Positions 39,861 to 50,100 of a stretch of 64,000 nucleotides of DNA are shown here, in pieces. The position numbers and the translations under genes are program-made. Source of the stretch: a virus; IMG/VR virus record IMGVR_UViG_3300009105_000002, positions 1 to 64,000 of that record. One strand, written 5' to 3'. Every line of letters starts with the position of its first letter. Position 1 is the first letter of the stretch. Under the pieces are notes generated by a model. The model ran no database searches. It worked only from the letters and a program-made list of their open reading frames with translations, and was not told where the DNA came from.

Positions 39861-40334
39861 ATGAGCGAATATGACATTATTTGGCTGGCAAGCGGATCTG
39901 GAATAGGTCTTGTTATTGCTTCTACGCTTTACTCTATTGGAGGTCGGGCAAAGAAGATAATACGACGATTAGGTGGAGCTCTTGTTTTAGCATTGACCGT
40001 TAATATAATCTCTGGATTTAAAGGTATATGGACAGGGCAATTGCTTTTAATACTACCTTTATTATTCGCGGGATTTAGCATGGGATATGGTGCAGATTTT
40101 GTCCCAATGAAAATATTAAGACGCACTCTTTATATGCTCGGGGTATGTGCTTCTGGTGCTATATTTATCTGGGCATTCGGTGGCAATGCTTGGTGGGTTT
40201 TCATTCCACACATTGGGATAGGAGCTTGGTCGATTTATTTAGGGGTTAGAAATCCTATCGATGCAGCTGCAGAGGAATTTTTTATCAGCATGCTCTTGAA
40301 TCTAGGACTTTGTATGTACCCGTTTATTGCCTAG
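39861..40334 (+). CDS. Multi-pass membrane protein
   Basis: GG..RR, MGYG, EEFFI motifs shared with 53758-54234. Confidence 0.65.
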   Translation: MSEYDIIWLASGSGIGLVIASTLYSIGGRAKKIIRRLGGALVLALTVNIISGFKGIWTGQLLLILPLLFAGFSMGYGADFVPMKILRRTLYMLGVCASGAIFIWAFGGNAWWVFIPHIGIGAWSIYLGVRNPIDAAAEEFFISMLLNLGLCMYPFIA

Positions 40335-41036
40335 CTTGATTAAAATCTTCTGGTATATATTTTTTATAGCTTCAGGTGATGAAGGGCTGACTCCACAATA
40401 ATGCTTCTTGCTTCCAGGAGAAGTGCTTATACCGATTGTTAAATGCCTACCGTATACCTCAATATATTCCCAATCAGAATCTATGTTAGGATTAACCGTT
40501 TCAGGAAAGACATCAAGAACCTGGAACATTAGATCTATGTTTAAAGCTGGACAAAATCTAAATCGGTGAGTATTTGCTTTAAGGTAATGCCCTATTTTTT
40601 TCTTATCAAATATAAATGTCCCGTCAACATCAAATTGTCCGTAATGAAGCCACTCTGTATCATTGCTTAAAGGCATCATAGTTTGAAGGCATCCCCAGGG
40701 ATTAAAGGCCGGATATTGCCTTGAATCTCCTGTGCAATACTCAATAGGATCGTAGGCCTGCTGCCTCAGCCTATAACACCAATTATAATGAAAAACTTCA
40801 GGCCAAGGCATTTCTTGGTTATCTACATATACGCGCTTATTCCTGACATTTTTAAAGCATTCTATTAATTTGTGCAGGGCTTTAAATTCTCTTCTTTTAT
40901 AACTAACAGTATACACTGAAGCCTTGCCTGAATCTATTTGCTTAAAGGAAAGTTGTGTCTGGGCTTCTTCAAGGGCAAATTTAAAGGCAGGGGAGAAGGA
41001 GTGGTGAAATTCTATAGTTATGGTTCGGTATGACAT
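40302..41036 (-). CDS. Hypothetical Cys/Trp-rich accessory protein
   Basis: 244-aa ORF opposite to phage operon. Confidence 0.65.
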   Translation of the reverse strand: MSYRTITIEFHHSFSPAFKFALEEAQTQLSFKQIDSGKASVYTVSYKRREFKALHKLIECFKNVRNKRVYVDNQEMPWPEVFHYNWCYRLRQQAYDPIEYCTGDSRQYPAFNPWGCLQTMMPLSNDTEWLHYGQFDVDGTFIFDKKKIGHYLKANTHRFRFCPALNIDLMFQVLDVFPETVNPNIDSDWEYIEVYGRHLTIGISTSPGSKKHYCGVSPSSPEAIKNIYQKILIKLGNKRVHTKS

Positions 41037-41042
41037 GAAGAA

Positions 41043-41486
41043 CTACGGAGACGGCTTAAGATTTACGCTTACTAATTTCCATTCGCCATTGCCATGGTAT
41101 TCCATTATGACGCTATAACGATTTCTTATTAAAGCTCCAAAAGCATTTTGCGCATCCACATAAGAAGTAACTTTGTATCTATTGCCTGTATTAATTACTT
41201 TATGAACATCAGAACCCCAGGGAAACTTTGCAGTTTTAGGAGCCAAGAGCTCTTTGAGTACAAATTCATGAGCCACTGTATAGGCTTCTATCTTATCTGG
41301 AACATCTACTTTAACTTGTTGTATTTGTTGTTTTTTAAGACGGGTTTTTGATTTGATTTCTGGCGTTATCAACGATAAAAAGAATGCAGTTATACCTATC
41401 AAAAAGGGGATCCCTAAAAATATTATCCCTAAAGCCATTATAGGAGTAGACACAACTTTTCTCTTATTCTTGATTTGTTCAGCCAT
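41043..41486 (-). CDS. Membrane-anchored protein
   Basis: AGGAGG RBS before MAEQIK; TM; LLAPKTAKFP..YVDAQNAFGALIR. Confidence 0.7.
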   Translation of the reverse strand: MAEQIKNKRKVVSTPIMALGIIFLGIPFLIGITAFFLSLITPEIKSKTRLKKQQIQQVKVDVPDKIEAYTVAHEFVLKELLAPKTAKFPWGSDVHKVINTGNRYKVTSYVDAQNAFGALIRNRYSVIMEYHGNGEWKLVSVNLKPSP

Positions 41487-41538
41487 AGTTAAGATTTCCT
41501 CCTTATGAAGACTGGAATTGCTTTCCAATGGTAAGTTA

Positions 41539-41616
41539 ATTATATCATACGAATGGCCCCTTTGTAAAGAAATTAAAAAATAATTCTTGACAGAACTGTT
41601 ATACTTGTATTATACT
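41539..41616. promoter_or_regulatory. Divergent sigma70-type promoter pair
   Basis: Minus: TTTACA-18-TATAAT with TG (41568-41539); plus: TTGACA-18-TATACT (41587-41616). Confidence 0.65.
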
Positions 41617-41649
41617 ATAGTAAACAATTAACGTGAGAAGGAGGTACTT

Positions 41650-41826
41650 ATGCCGAGAATAAAAAAATATGGCAAGGCTCACGCAGTAAGGTTTAAAAAG
41701 GATGTTGAAAAAAAGCTCCTTCAGGTCTGCATTCAAAAGGAAGTCAATAAATCCGACATCATTCAGAATGCCGTAGAGTGTTATCTCTTCAACAAAAAAT
41801 GCTTTGCAAAGAGAAGATCGCTGTAA
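41650..41826 (+). CDS. Ribbon-helix-helix (CopG-like) regulator, 58 aa (not in ORF track)
   Basis: AAGGAGGT RBS; HAVRFKKDVEKKLLQVCIQKEVNKSDIIQNAVECYL. Confidence 0.7.
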   Translation: MPRIKKYGKAHAVRFKKDVEKKLLQVCIQKEVNKSDIIQNAVECYLFNKKCFAKRRSL

Positions 41827-41839
41827 AGAGAGGGCTATC

Positions 41840-42262
41840 ATGCAAAAAATGTTCAATATGATTATACATAAAGTATCAAAAAAGGGTAAATCTAATTTAA
41901 CATACTCGTATCCTGAATATAAGCTTGTTTTTAAAAGAGGGGCTGTGGCAGCGATCAAGAAAGCAAAAGGATGGAAAAGCGACAACAAGATGGCAATGGC
42001 CTTAGGGATCACAAGGGCAATGCTTTCTGGCATGAAAAGTCAGAAATTAAACGTTACTCATAAGATAATGACGAGGCTGGCATACCAGCTCAGCAATACA
42101 AGAGGCAATTGGTGGACACACTTTGAAATGGTAGAATGGGGACATATACCGCAGAACCACCCATTATACAACCACGACAAGTACATGGGTCGGATACCTT
42201 ACACAGAACATAGCCCAGCAGCTGCTTTTAGAAGCTTAGATTATGAGGCAGAGAGCTTGTAG
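41840..42262 (+). CDS. XRE/Cro-like HTH regulator
   Basis: SDNKMAMALGITRAMLSGM. Confidence 0.65.
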   Translation: MQKMFNMIIHKVSKKGKSNLTYSYPEYKLVFKRGAVAAIKKAKGWKSDNKMAMALGITRAMLSGMKSQKLNVTHKIMTRLAYQLSNTRGNWWTHFEMVEWGHIPQNHPLYNHDKYMGRIPYTEHSPAAAFRSLDYEAESL

Positions 42263-42299
42263 GATTCGGGTGGATCCTAAAAAAATCGGGAAAAAGACC

Positions 42300-42328
42300 T
42301 TGACAGGGAAAAGACCATCAGGTAAACT
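42300..42328 (+). promoter_or_regulatory. Sigma70-type promoter pointing toward right dif site
   Basis: TTGACA-17-TAAACT. Confidence 0.65.
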
Positions 42329-42352
42329 ATTAGGTGAAAAGGAGAGAAGCGC

Positions 42353-42478
42353 ATGAAACACAAAGCCCCCAAAGTCGAATTTGAAAAGCGTGGATTTTTT
42401 CTGTCCATTAAATCCCTGTCTCTGAAAGGAACAAGACCACGCTACCTGAAAAGGTTAATGGCTTTGGGGCCCGAGTAA
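42353..42478 (+). CDS. 41-aa peptide overlapping a structured RNA
   Basis: AAGGAG RBS; MKHKAPKVEFEKRGFFLSIKSLSLKGTRPRYLKRLMALGPE*. Confidence 0.35.
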   Translation: MKHKAPKVEFEKRGFFLSIKSLSLKGTRPRYLKRLMALGPE

Positions 42479-42663
42479 GAGCAGGGCTTTTTTATTTGTG
42501 AAATGAGAGAGGACCGTAAAAGAGTCTTTAGAAACTGAATGGGTAGCGCCGAGAAGGCAGTACGGAGATTAAGCCGTCAGGAGTAGGCCGCAAGGTCGAT
42601 TAAAACCGTAAGGGCTACAAAGCAAGGGCAAAATAGCTTGCTTGGCGTGACTTGGGTAAAGTG

Positions 42664-42672
42664 TTATCCACA
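42664..42672 (+). promoter_or_regulatory. DnaA box, 76 bp before right dif-like site
   Basis: Perfect TTATCCACA. Confidence 0.7.
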
Positions 42673-42739
42673 CGATTCTAACAATATATCGTAACTTGTT
42701 GAAAGACTTACAGTTACGCATATATTTTTTAAATACCCA

Positions 42740-42767
42740 AGTTAACATAAGATACATTATAGGCGGT
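42740..42767 (-). other. dif: dif-like XerC/XerD site at junction of prophages 1 and 2
   Basis: Minus strand ACCGCCTATAA-TGTATC-TTATGTTAACT with canonical inner ATAA/TTAT symmetry. Confidence 0.9.
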
Positions 42768-42779
42768 TCGGACATACCA

Positions 42780-42808
42780 ATATTACCACAAGCCTTTATG
42801 TTTGTCAA
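42780..42808 (-). promoter_or_regulatory. Sigma70-type promoter reading leftward across dif
   Basis: TTGACA-17-TAATAT with TG extension. Confidence 0.7.
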
Positions 42809-42827
42809 GGGCAAGCTAAAAAAATCA

Positions 42828-43112
42828 CTACCTTCCTTTTAGATAATAACCCTGATGGGCGTCTTTTTCCTGACGATTACCGTTATTACCAAGCAACTCA
42901 AAGATCCTACCTCTCCATTTCTTGATTTTGCTCGATAATGGCAAATCAGGAAACTCAACCTGCAGCTCTGAATAGAAAAGCCTTGTAAGTTGGCTTACAG
43001 AAATGTGGTTGAATTTGCAGAACTCCACTACGTAGTCCTTTAGCCATACAGGTAGTGTTACAACAATCTTCACGGTTTCAGTCTCATAGCGACTCATTAC
43101 CATTGGTATCAC
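42828..43112 (-). CDS. Ribbon-helix-helix-like protein
   Basis: KIVVTLPVWLKDYVVEFCKFNHISVSQLTR; AAGGAG RBS. Confidence 0.6.
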   Translation of the reverse strand: MIPMVMSRYETETVKIVVTLPVWLKDYVVEFCKFNHISVSQLTRLFYSELQVEFPDLPLSSKIKKWRGRIFELLGNNGNRQEKDAHQGYYLKGR

Positions 43113-43144
43113 TCTCCTTTTGGACTTGTGGCAGAGAATAAGTT

Positions 43145-43306
43145 TTATTTAAATCTTTTTCGATAAGCAAGAAAATTAGCAAGGGCCTTCCGCATGATGT
43201 CGCTTTCGTTCCAACCCATTTCCTTTGCTAATTTCGCAACGCGCTTCTTTTGCTTTTTAGGAAGGCGAAATGTTATTTTGGAATGGTAGTTTGTGATGTC
43301 TGTCAT
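43145..43306 (-). CDS. Ribbon-helix-helix (CopG-like) regulator
   Basis: KITFRLPKKQKKRVAKLAKEMGWNESDIMRKAL; ATG 43306 just downstream of promoter. Confidence 0.75.
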   Translation of the reverse strand: MTDITNYHSKITFRLPKKQKKRVAKLAKEMGWNESDIMRKALANFLAYRKRFK

Positions 43307-43316
43307 ATGTAAGACA

Positions 43317-43381
43317 AGTTTATCATATAACCATAACTTTGTCAAGAAAATTGTTGCTATTGAAAAAAGGCATGGTATAAT
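43317..43381. promoter_or_regulatory. Back-to-back sigma70-type promoters
   Basis: Minus: TTGACA-17-TAAACT (43345-43317); plus: TTGCTA-16-TATAAT with TG (43354-43381). Confidence 0.65.
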
Positions 43382-43386
43382 TAGAA

Positions 43387-44193
43387 ATGATGGGTAAATT
43401 TGGATTGTTATTACTCCTCTTGTTTTTTATAAGTGGTTGCGCTACGCTCAATTTTTCTGCCAATTATTATTCCCCTCCATCTAATTATAAAAGTGAAGTA
43501 AATAACTTGTGGACAGAAATAAATTCTAACTTTTCTCTAAAATATAAATACACATTACGCATTGTTGATGACAATGAATGTCAAATGCCGGGTATCCCCG
43601 AAAACGACAATGGAGTTGTTAAATTGCCAGTTAATTATTTAAAATATGTATATCAAAATTATTACGATAATAGATTTACGATATTAACATGTTTAATTGT
43701 TCATGAATTATGCCATAGTGAATATGATTTACCTGACAACCCACCAGAAACTCATTTCCAGACTGATTTAAAAGCAATTTCTTTGTTATCCTGCTATACT
43801 ACTATTTCAGCAGAAGATTATTACAAAAGCATATATGTAGTAAAAAACTATTGGTTTGCCCGCAAGGGTATTGCCGGACATGCCTTTAATGTTGGTTGGA
43901 ACGCTCTCCAAATAGTATCTTTAGTCAATGGAGGTTCTTATTGTTTTATGGATTGGTTTGCTACAGATTTAGATGTGCGCCTAAACCTATTATCAAGCAA
44001 ATATGAAAAAATGCCACCTTGTTTTGCTATTACCAAGGATTCTAAAAATAATACTAATTCAGAAAAATCAGATTTTAAGTTTGCTTTTAAAAAGACAGAC
44101 TACTATAAAATAGAAAGCTTAATTTATCCTGACTATACTGCGGGATTGGATGTATCTGAAAAAACAAGCATTAACATAGTGGGTGAAAAATAA
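43387..44193 (+). CDS. Lipoprotein with HEXXH zinc-metallopeptidase motif
   Basis: LLLLLLFFISGC lipobox; IVHELCHSE; AT-rich, opposite to phage operon. Confidence 0.7.
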   Translation: MMGKFGLLLLLLFFISGCATLNFSANYYSPPSNYKSEVNNLWTEINSNFSLKYKYTLRIVDDNECQMPGIPENDNGVVKLPVNYLKYVYQNYYDNRFTILTCLIVHELCHSEYDLPDNPPETHFQTDLKAISLLSCYTTISAEDYYKSIYVVKNYWFARKGIAGHAFNVGWNALQIVSLVNGGSYCFMDWFATDLDVRLNLLSSKYEKMPPCFAITKDSKNNTNSEKSDFKFAFKKTDYYKIESLIYPDYTAGLDVSEKTSINIVGEK

Positions 44194-44196
44194 AAA

Positions 44197-47100
44197 CTAA
44201 GGGGAGATTTTAAGTTCCATGTATAGGGCTTTAACGTCTTCTTCTATTGGTTTATCGGCATCTCTGTATTTCTTTCGTAAAACAGGGAGAATTTCTTTTC
44301 TTTCATCATCAGTAGCTATCGAATAAACATTCAATCCTTCTTCAAGGGTGAGCCTTTTAAACGACTCCACGAAAGGAGTTAAGCGCGAATCTTTTGCAAG
44401 CTTCCTATAGCCGTCCCTCCCAAGCACCTCTATGGCCTCCTCTTTAATCTGCCATGGCCGAACCTCTCCTTTTCTGATTCTGTCTTTCTGCACCTTGCGA
44501 TACAAGGTTTTTGCAAAATCCGCTTCTGTGCGAGTAGTATCCGGCATCCTTTCAGAGATATAGCGATACATAAGTTTCTGCGCATTGCTCCGGGCAACAT
44601 AGGAAGGCGCCGCGATTATGCCGGTAATGGATATCAAAATATTTAACAGCGGATCAGGAGAGGTGAGTTGCATTCTTTCATAGTTCTTAAAAGAAAACGG
44701 TTTGGCGTAATTCTTTATGTGGATTGTCCTATCATAAAGTTGCTCCATTAAACCATCCTTTTCATCATAAAGCATGACATTATAAAAATCCTTATTCCTA
44801 AACTGCTCCATGGAAAGTCCGATTAGGGGGTGCCTTTTGCTGACAAATGTTTGTAAAGGCCTTGTAGCGTAGGCATATATATCCTTTGCGTAAGTAGGTA
44901 GAGATAACCGTTCGTCGGATCCATCGGGGTTCTTTCTGCCAGTTCTTGGGAAGAAATAGTCCCTTATTTCTCTTGGGCGCTCCCCTGACAAGACATATGT
45001 TGCAATTGCCCCTATGATCATATATACTATCATCGCGCCGATCCCATACGCCATTTTATGGCTTAATAGCTTATCTCCTGCTCTTATACGGGCTCCTGCA
45101 GTTCCTAAATCAACAGGTATGCCCCCATATTCCCTCCAAGAGCCCAAATTCCACCCTACCGACCTCACAGAGGCCATCAAAACGTCTTTTAAGGTCTTAT
45201 TCCAGAACAGGTTGTCATATATCAGCGATCCCATGCGGTTATCCACGCTATCCCATACCTTTGTAAGCATATACCACAATTGCTCGTCGTTTATTTCTCC
45301 GGAGGCAGCACGCTCCATTTCGCTTTGTGCGAGTTTAGAAAATAGCCCTAATTTGCCGGTAGGAACATACCACTCCATAATCGGCTTGGCAGCGGTTTCT
45401 AAAATGGATCCAAATATATTTAAAGGTAATTTCGCCATAGCAGCTATCTTCTCTATGCCCGATCCTACCAAAATATCCTTAAATGTCTTCTGTAACGCCT
45501 TGATTTGTTGGTTATAATAGAACACATCTATCCTATCTCTGCCTCCAGCTCTTATCATCGTATCTACTTTAAGCCTTAATTTCGGATCCTGTATAGTATC
45601 CATTTGTTGCTTATATGCCCTCTTAATCCGCGAGCCTTCCCATAAGACCTTAATAGGTGCTATTGGAAATGTAATCAAATCTTTCAATCCTTGATAGAGC
45701 TGTCCTTTTATAGTCAGTTTCCGAAGCCCTAATCCTACCGTAGAAGCCCAAACATCAGTAGTAACGTTTAAGCCGTGAAAAGCCGACAACGATAAATTGA
45801 CTTGATTTAGTATGTTTCCAAACCCCCTCACTAAGTTATATCCTGTCGCTATGAGCTTATTGTCGCTTGTCCTTAATCCCGGCGAAAGGTGATTATTTAT
45901 GATTAAAGCCACATCTTTAGGTGCGTAATAATGTCCCAACGTAGTGAACCCGGGTATCTTTATCTTGGCGTCAGCCTCCCCTAATACCAGAGAAGGTCTT
46001 ATGTCAAGGATCGGCCTTAATTGACCGTGCTCATTTAAAAACTTCGTGAATAATTCGTATATATCCGGCGCTAATTTCTTGAATTCCTCCGGCGCATGGA
46101 TCAGCGCTTCCAGTAAAACAGCCTCTTTTTCCCTGTATTTCCTTACATAGTTTTTATAACTCGCAGGTGCGTCTATACCTTTATACCTTGCATCGGCAAG
46201 CGCTCGCCATTGCTCGTTTATATTTTTTCTCCACTCAATCGCCTCTTTGGTAGGCTTTACTTCTTCTGTTCCTACCTTCTTGCCCTTGACATAGGTGTGG
46301 ACATAGGTGTCTTTATACGCCGTGAAAGTATTGAACAGGTTGAACCTATACCCTAAAATATGCCCTATTTCGTGGGCCAATACACTTTCCGGACTGGCAA
46401 ATTTAGTCCTTACTGTTGAAGGCCATTGCGCATACCCCCAACGAGTGCCTCCTATGGTTACAAACCTCTTGGTATCTATTTCAAGGGATTTCGCCACATC
46501 CATAAGTTGTTCCACTAAAATGCTGTCAAACGCCTCTTTCTTCGTTATCTCCGGAGGCATATAGACAGTAAAAGCGGTGTCGTTTATCTTTGCAAACCCT
46601 TGAGGTGGCGTCTTGCGAGAATATACAAACCGGATCATACCCCTATTTTTTAAATCCCTTATGACGTTTTGCGCCATTACATACCGGTCTACTTCGTGGA
46701 GTTTTAGCAATACAAGATCAACAGGATTATTGCTTACCGGTGTAAGCCCGGCCTCAAGGCCTTCTTTAATCGTCATATAAGTTCGTTCTTTAAGAAAACC
46801 CTTCGTGCCTTCCAACCTCTTTTTCCCCATAATCTTTGCTATCACGCCTTTTGCGTGCTCAAATCTCTCCCATATATGAGGAAAATAATTCTTATAAAAG
46901 TTTTGTAATTGCCCTTTCCCAAGATTTTGAACCGACTCTCGCCTTTCATCAAGGAGTTTTCTCATTACGTCGCTGAACGCTTGAAGTTTTTCATTTTCTT
47001 GAGGAAGGCCTTTTTCCATATTATCTATGAATTTATAACTATCCTCCTTGTTCATCCAAGTAAAGGCGCGGTGGGCTTTCTTTAACGCCTCAATAGCAGT

Positions 47101-50100
47101 AACGTCTTTATGTGCCAACTTCGCTAATCCACCCCGCATAACTTGAGAGGTTACTTGCGCGAGATTTGATACCGACGCCGGAGATAGGATTTTAAGAAAT
47201 TCCTTGATATAGTTTATTCTTTCAGGAGGAGGCATACCTGCCTCTACCTTTACTCTATCTGTTATTCTTACTTTTTCCTCTTTTGATTCGATCGTGCCGT
47301 ATCCTTTTGGTGCTTTAGAGGCGACAGATGAACCGCCTGCGCCACCGCCTTTGACCGGTTTTTTATAAAAACCCACTGTAACTCCATAAATAAAATCTTT
47401 ATCAGGTGTTTCTACGAATTCCCCCCCGATCAGTTCTAACCCTTTTTCTTTAGCTTTTTGTTGCAATATTTTAGGCGTCATATCCTCAGCATAATTAACT
47501 TTCTCCTGTGCTTCATATTCTCCAAATCCTGTGCCTGCGTAGCATTTATCACACCACCCCTCGACATATACATTGCCCTCCCAATAATTTATCTTATTGG
47601 GATTATTTACATCAGGAACTTTATCAGTAATTGCTTTAGCGCCCATCTCTTTACTTGGGGTTTCGGCGGCTTTCTCAACCCTCGGCTTAATATGTTCCTC
47701 TACTGCTTTTTCGGAAATCTCTACGCCCACACCCTTTCTGCCGGTAGCAACGGCTTGTTCTATCGTTACGCCGGAACCAGCGAAAGGATCAAAAACCACT
47801 TCGCCTTGTTCAGTAGTCATTTCGATCATAGCTTTTAACATCTTGCGGGGTTTCTCGGTTTGATATCCCCTCGGCCTCACAAGTTTAAAGTTAAGATTTT
47901 TTATAGGTTTTGTGAGTTTCCCGCTAAAATTAAAGACAATTATTCCTTCCGGCTCGATTATATCGCCCCTCATATTACGAACTCTTGTAATTCCGTCTTT
48001 TTGTAATTTAGTATATTCACCCTTACCGACGGCAATCATTTCTAATCTATTGAATACATCTGTATATCTCTGCATTTCCTTTAATCCGGATTTGGCTTGG
48101 GAATACATATAAATCAAAGGAGTATCTGATGTGCGCATTACTTGTCCAAGCCTTTCAACCATAGTATAAAATTGTTCAGGCGTTATATAGTCATACTTAA
48201 TCCCTCTATTGCCTCCGATAACTGCCGGTGTTTTATACGGGACGTCGAGGAATATCATATCAGCTTTAAATCCTTGATCTACGAGTTTCGGCACAATTTC
48301 AAGAGCATCGCCGGTATGTATATAGGCAACATCTCGCCCTTGATTACGCAGAACATATACGCCCTTACCTACTCTTTTAAACGTGCCTTCCTTGGCGCCT
48401 ACGCCTACGATCCTGCGAACATTAGGTTCGAGGATTTCAGTTTCTTTGGCTATCTGCTTTATGGATTTAGGTTCTTCCTTGACGGCTTCTTTGACTTTTT
48501 CTTTTTGAACGATCTTGCCTTTTTCAAATACAAACTCTTTTTGTGTAGCGTCGGGCTTTTCTGCTTTTAATTCTTTTATTAAATCTTTATGCTCAACCTG
48601 TTCCTCGGTAGGTCGGAGAGGCGTCGGAGACATTTTGGCTTCCGGCGCAAGGGAGGGTTTAACAATCCGTGCCTTATCCTCATTTAAAACTATAATCTGA
48701 TCTGCAAGAATTGCTTTGAAAAACTTATGGTCGGTTTCTTTTGCGATTTTCCGAACATTTTTAAAAACTACTGCGTCATACTTTTTAGCGAGTGCGTCAA
48801 AAAACTCTTTCTCTTGATGAAGTGCCGGATGTCCAACCTCTGCCTCGGCTTCCCTATATGCCTCAATACTGTCAACAACCTTTATCTTCGCCCCTTTATC
48901 TATCTCGTATTCAACAGACTCAAGGTTTTTTATTACCTGTTTTGCGCCTACCTTAGCCATCCATTTCTGCTTATCGTAATCATAAAAGGTTTCAGCACCA
49001 GCTTTTTTCAACTCTTTTAAATGTTCTAATCCCCCTACTTCAACAATTTTATCTTCGCCTTCCCTAATAGAAGTTTTTCCCCATATCCTATCTTCTAATG
49101 AAAGATATATCCTGTCCCCAGCAAATCTACCAAGTTTTTCCTCCCCTCCTAATGATCCTGTGCCGTGAATAGGTTTCTTGGTAAAATCAAACCTTTCCCC
49201 TCGTTCCAATGCTTCCTTGCCTTCTTTTGTTGTGAAATGTTTAGCGCGGAGAGGCTTTTCTTCTGATTCACCCGGTTGCTTTTCTGTTACCCATTCGGGT
49301 TCTCGTTCTGTATCTTTCTTGCTTGCGCCTTCAGGATCCCCCTCTGCTTCCCCAGCTCGTAGAGTTTTTTCAATCTCGGATTCTGAGACTTTTTCTTTCC
49401 TGAGTTGCTCTCGTTCTTCTCTGATTCGTTCTTCATTTCCGTATCCCTCCGATAGATTTTTGTAAATCTGTTCTTGCTTTTCTGTTAATTTTTCACCCTT
49501 CTCTTTCTTGTCTATTATATCAAGTGCTTTCTTTTTAGTCAAATTTGTCCAAGCATCTCTGAACCATTGCGGAAATGTAGATCCTTGACCAATCCATTCG
49601 CCTGTTTCTGTCTTTATGCGCTTGCCGGCTTCTCCCCTTTCTATCTCGGATTTCATACCCATAATTAAATCTTTTTCTTCTTGAGGGATTTTCGGTGCAG
49701 AAGGCTCCACTTCCTTAACCGGCTTAAACTTCTTCTCGCCCTCTTTAGCCCACTCTTTTACCCATTCAGGGATTTCGGGCTTCTCTTTTGCAGATTTAAC
49801 AATCTGATTATATTGTTTATCAATCAATCCGCGTGCAAATAATTCATCTATAATCCTATCTTCACTATAACCTCCTTCGCCCTCCCCGAAGGCATCGCCC
49901 TTTAAAAATGTTACCATTCTCCATAGGGGGGAATCTGGATTTTTTAATTCTATAGCTACTAACTCCCGTATTTGTTCTCTTTGTGATTCCTGCAATTTGT
50001 TGAATTTGTGATGGCGTCTTTCGTGCTCAGCTATATATTCTTTATCAGCAATGTTTTCTTTATTTATTATTATAACATTATCATTAGGGCTTATATCTCC

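Larger units (their letters stand above)
461..42767 (+). mobile_element. Prophage 1: siphovirus-like, about 42.3 kb, no integrase, bounded by dif-like direct repeats
   Basis: Full replication/packaging/head/tail/lysis gene order; 21-bp exact direct repeat CAAGTTAACATAAGATACATT at 459-479 and 42738-42758. Confidence 0.88.

Noticed and set aside
42569-42814. 81-aa minus-strand ORF containing IMYLMLT
   Set aside because: That peptide is the translation of the dif site, and the ORF spans two elements and a promoter; only a leaderless start at 42775 remains possible
40300-44200. G/C skew switch as proof of the replication terminus
   Set aside because: Explained by the change in coding strand between the two phages; needs flanking host DNA
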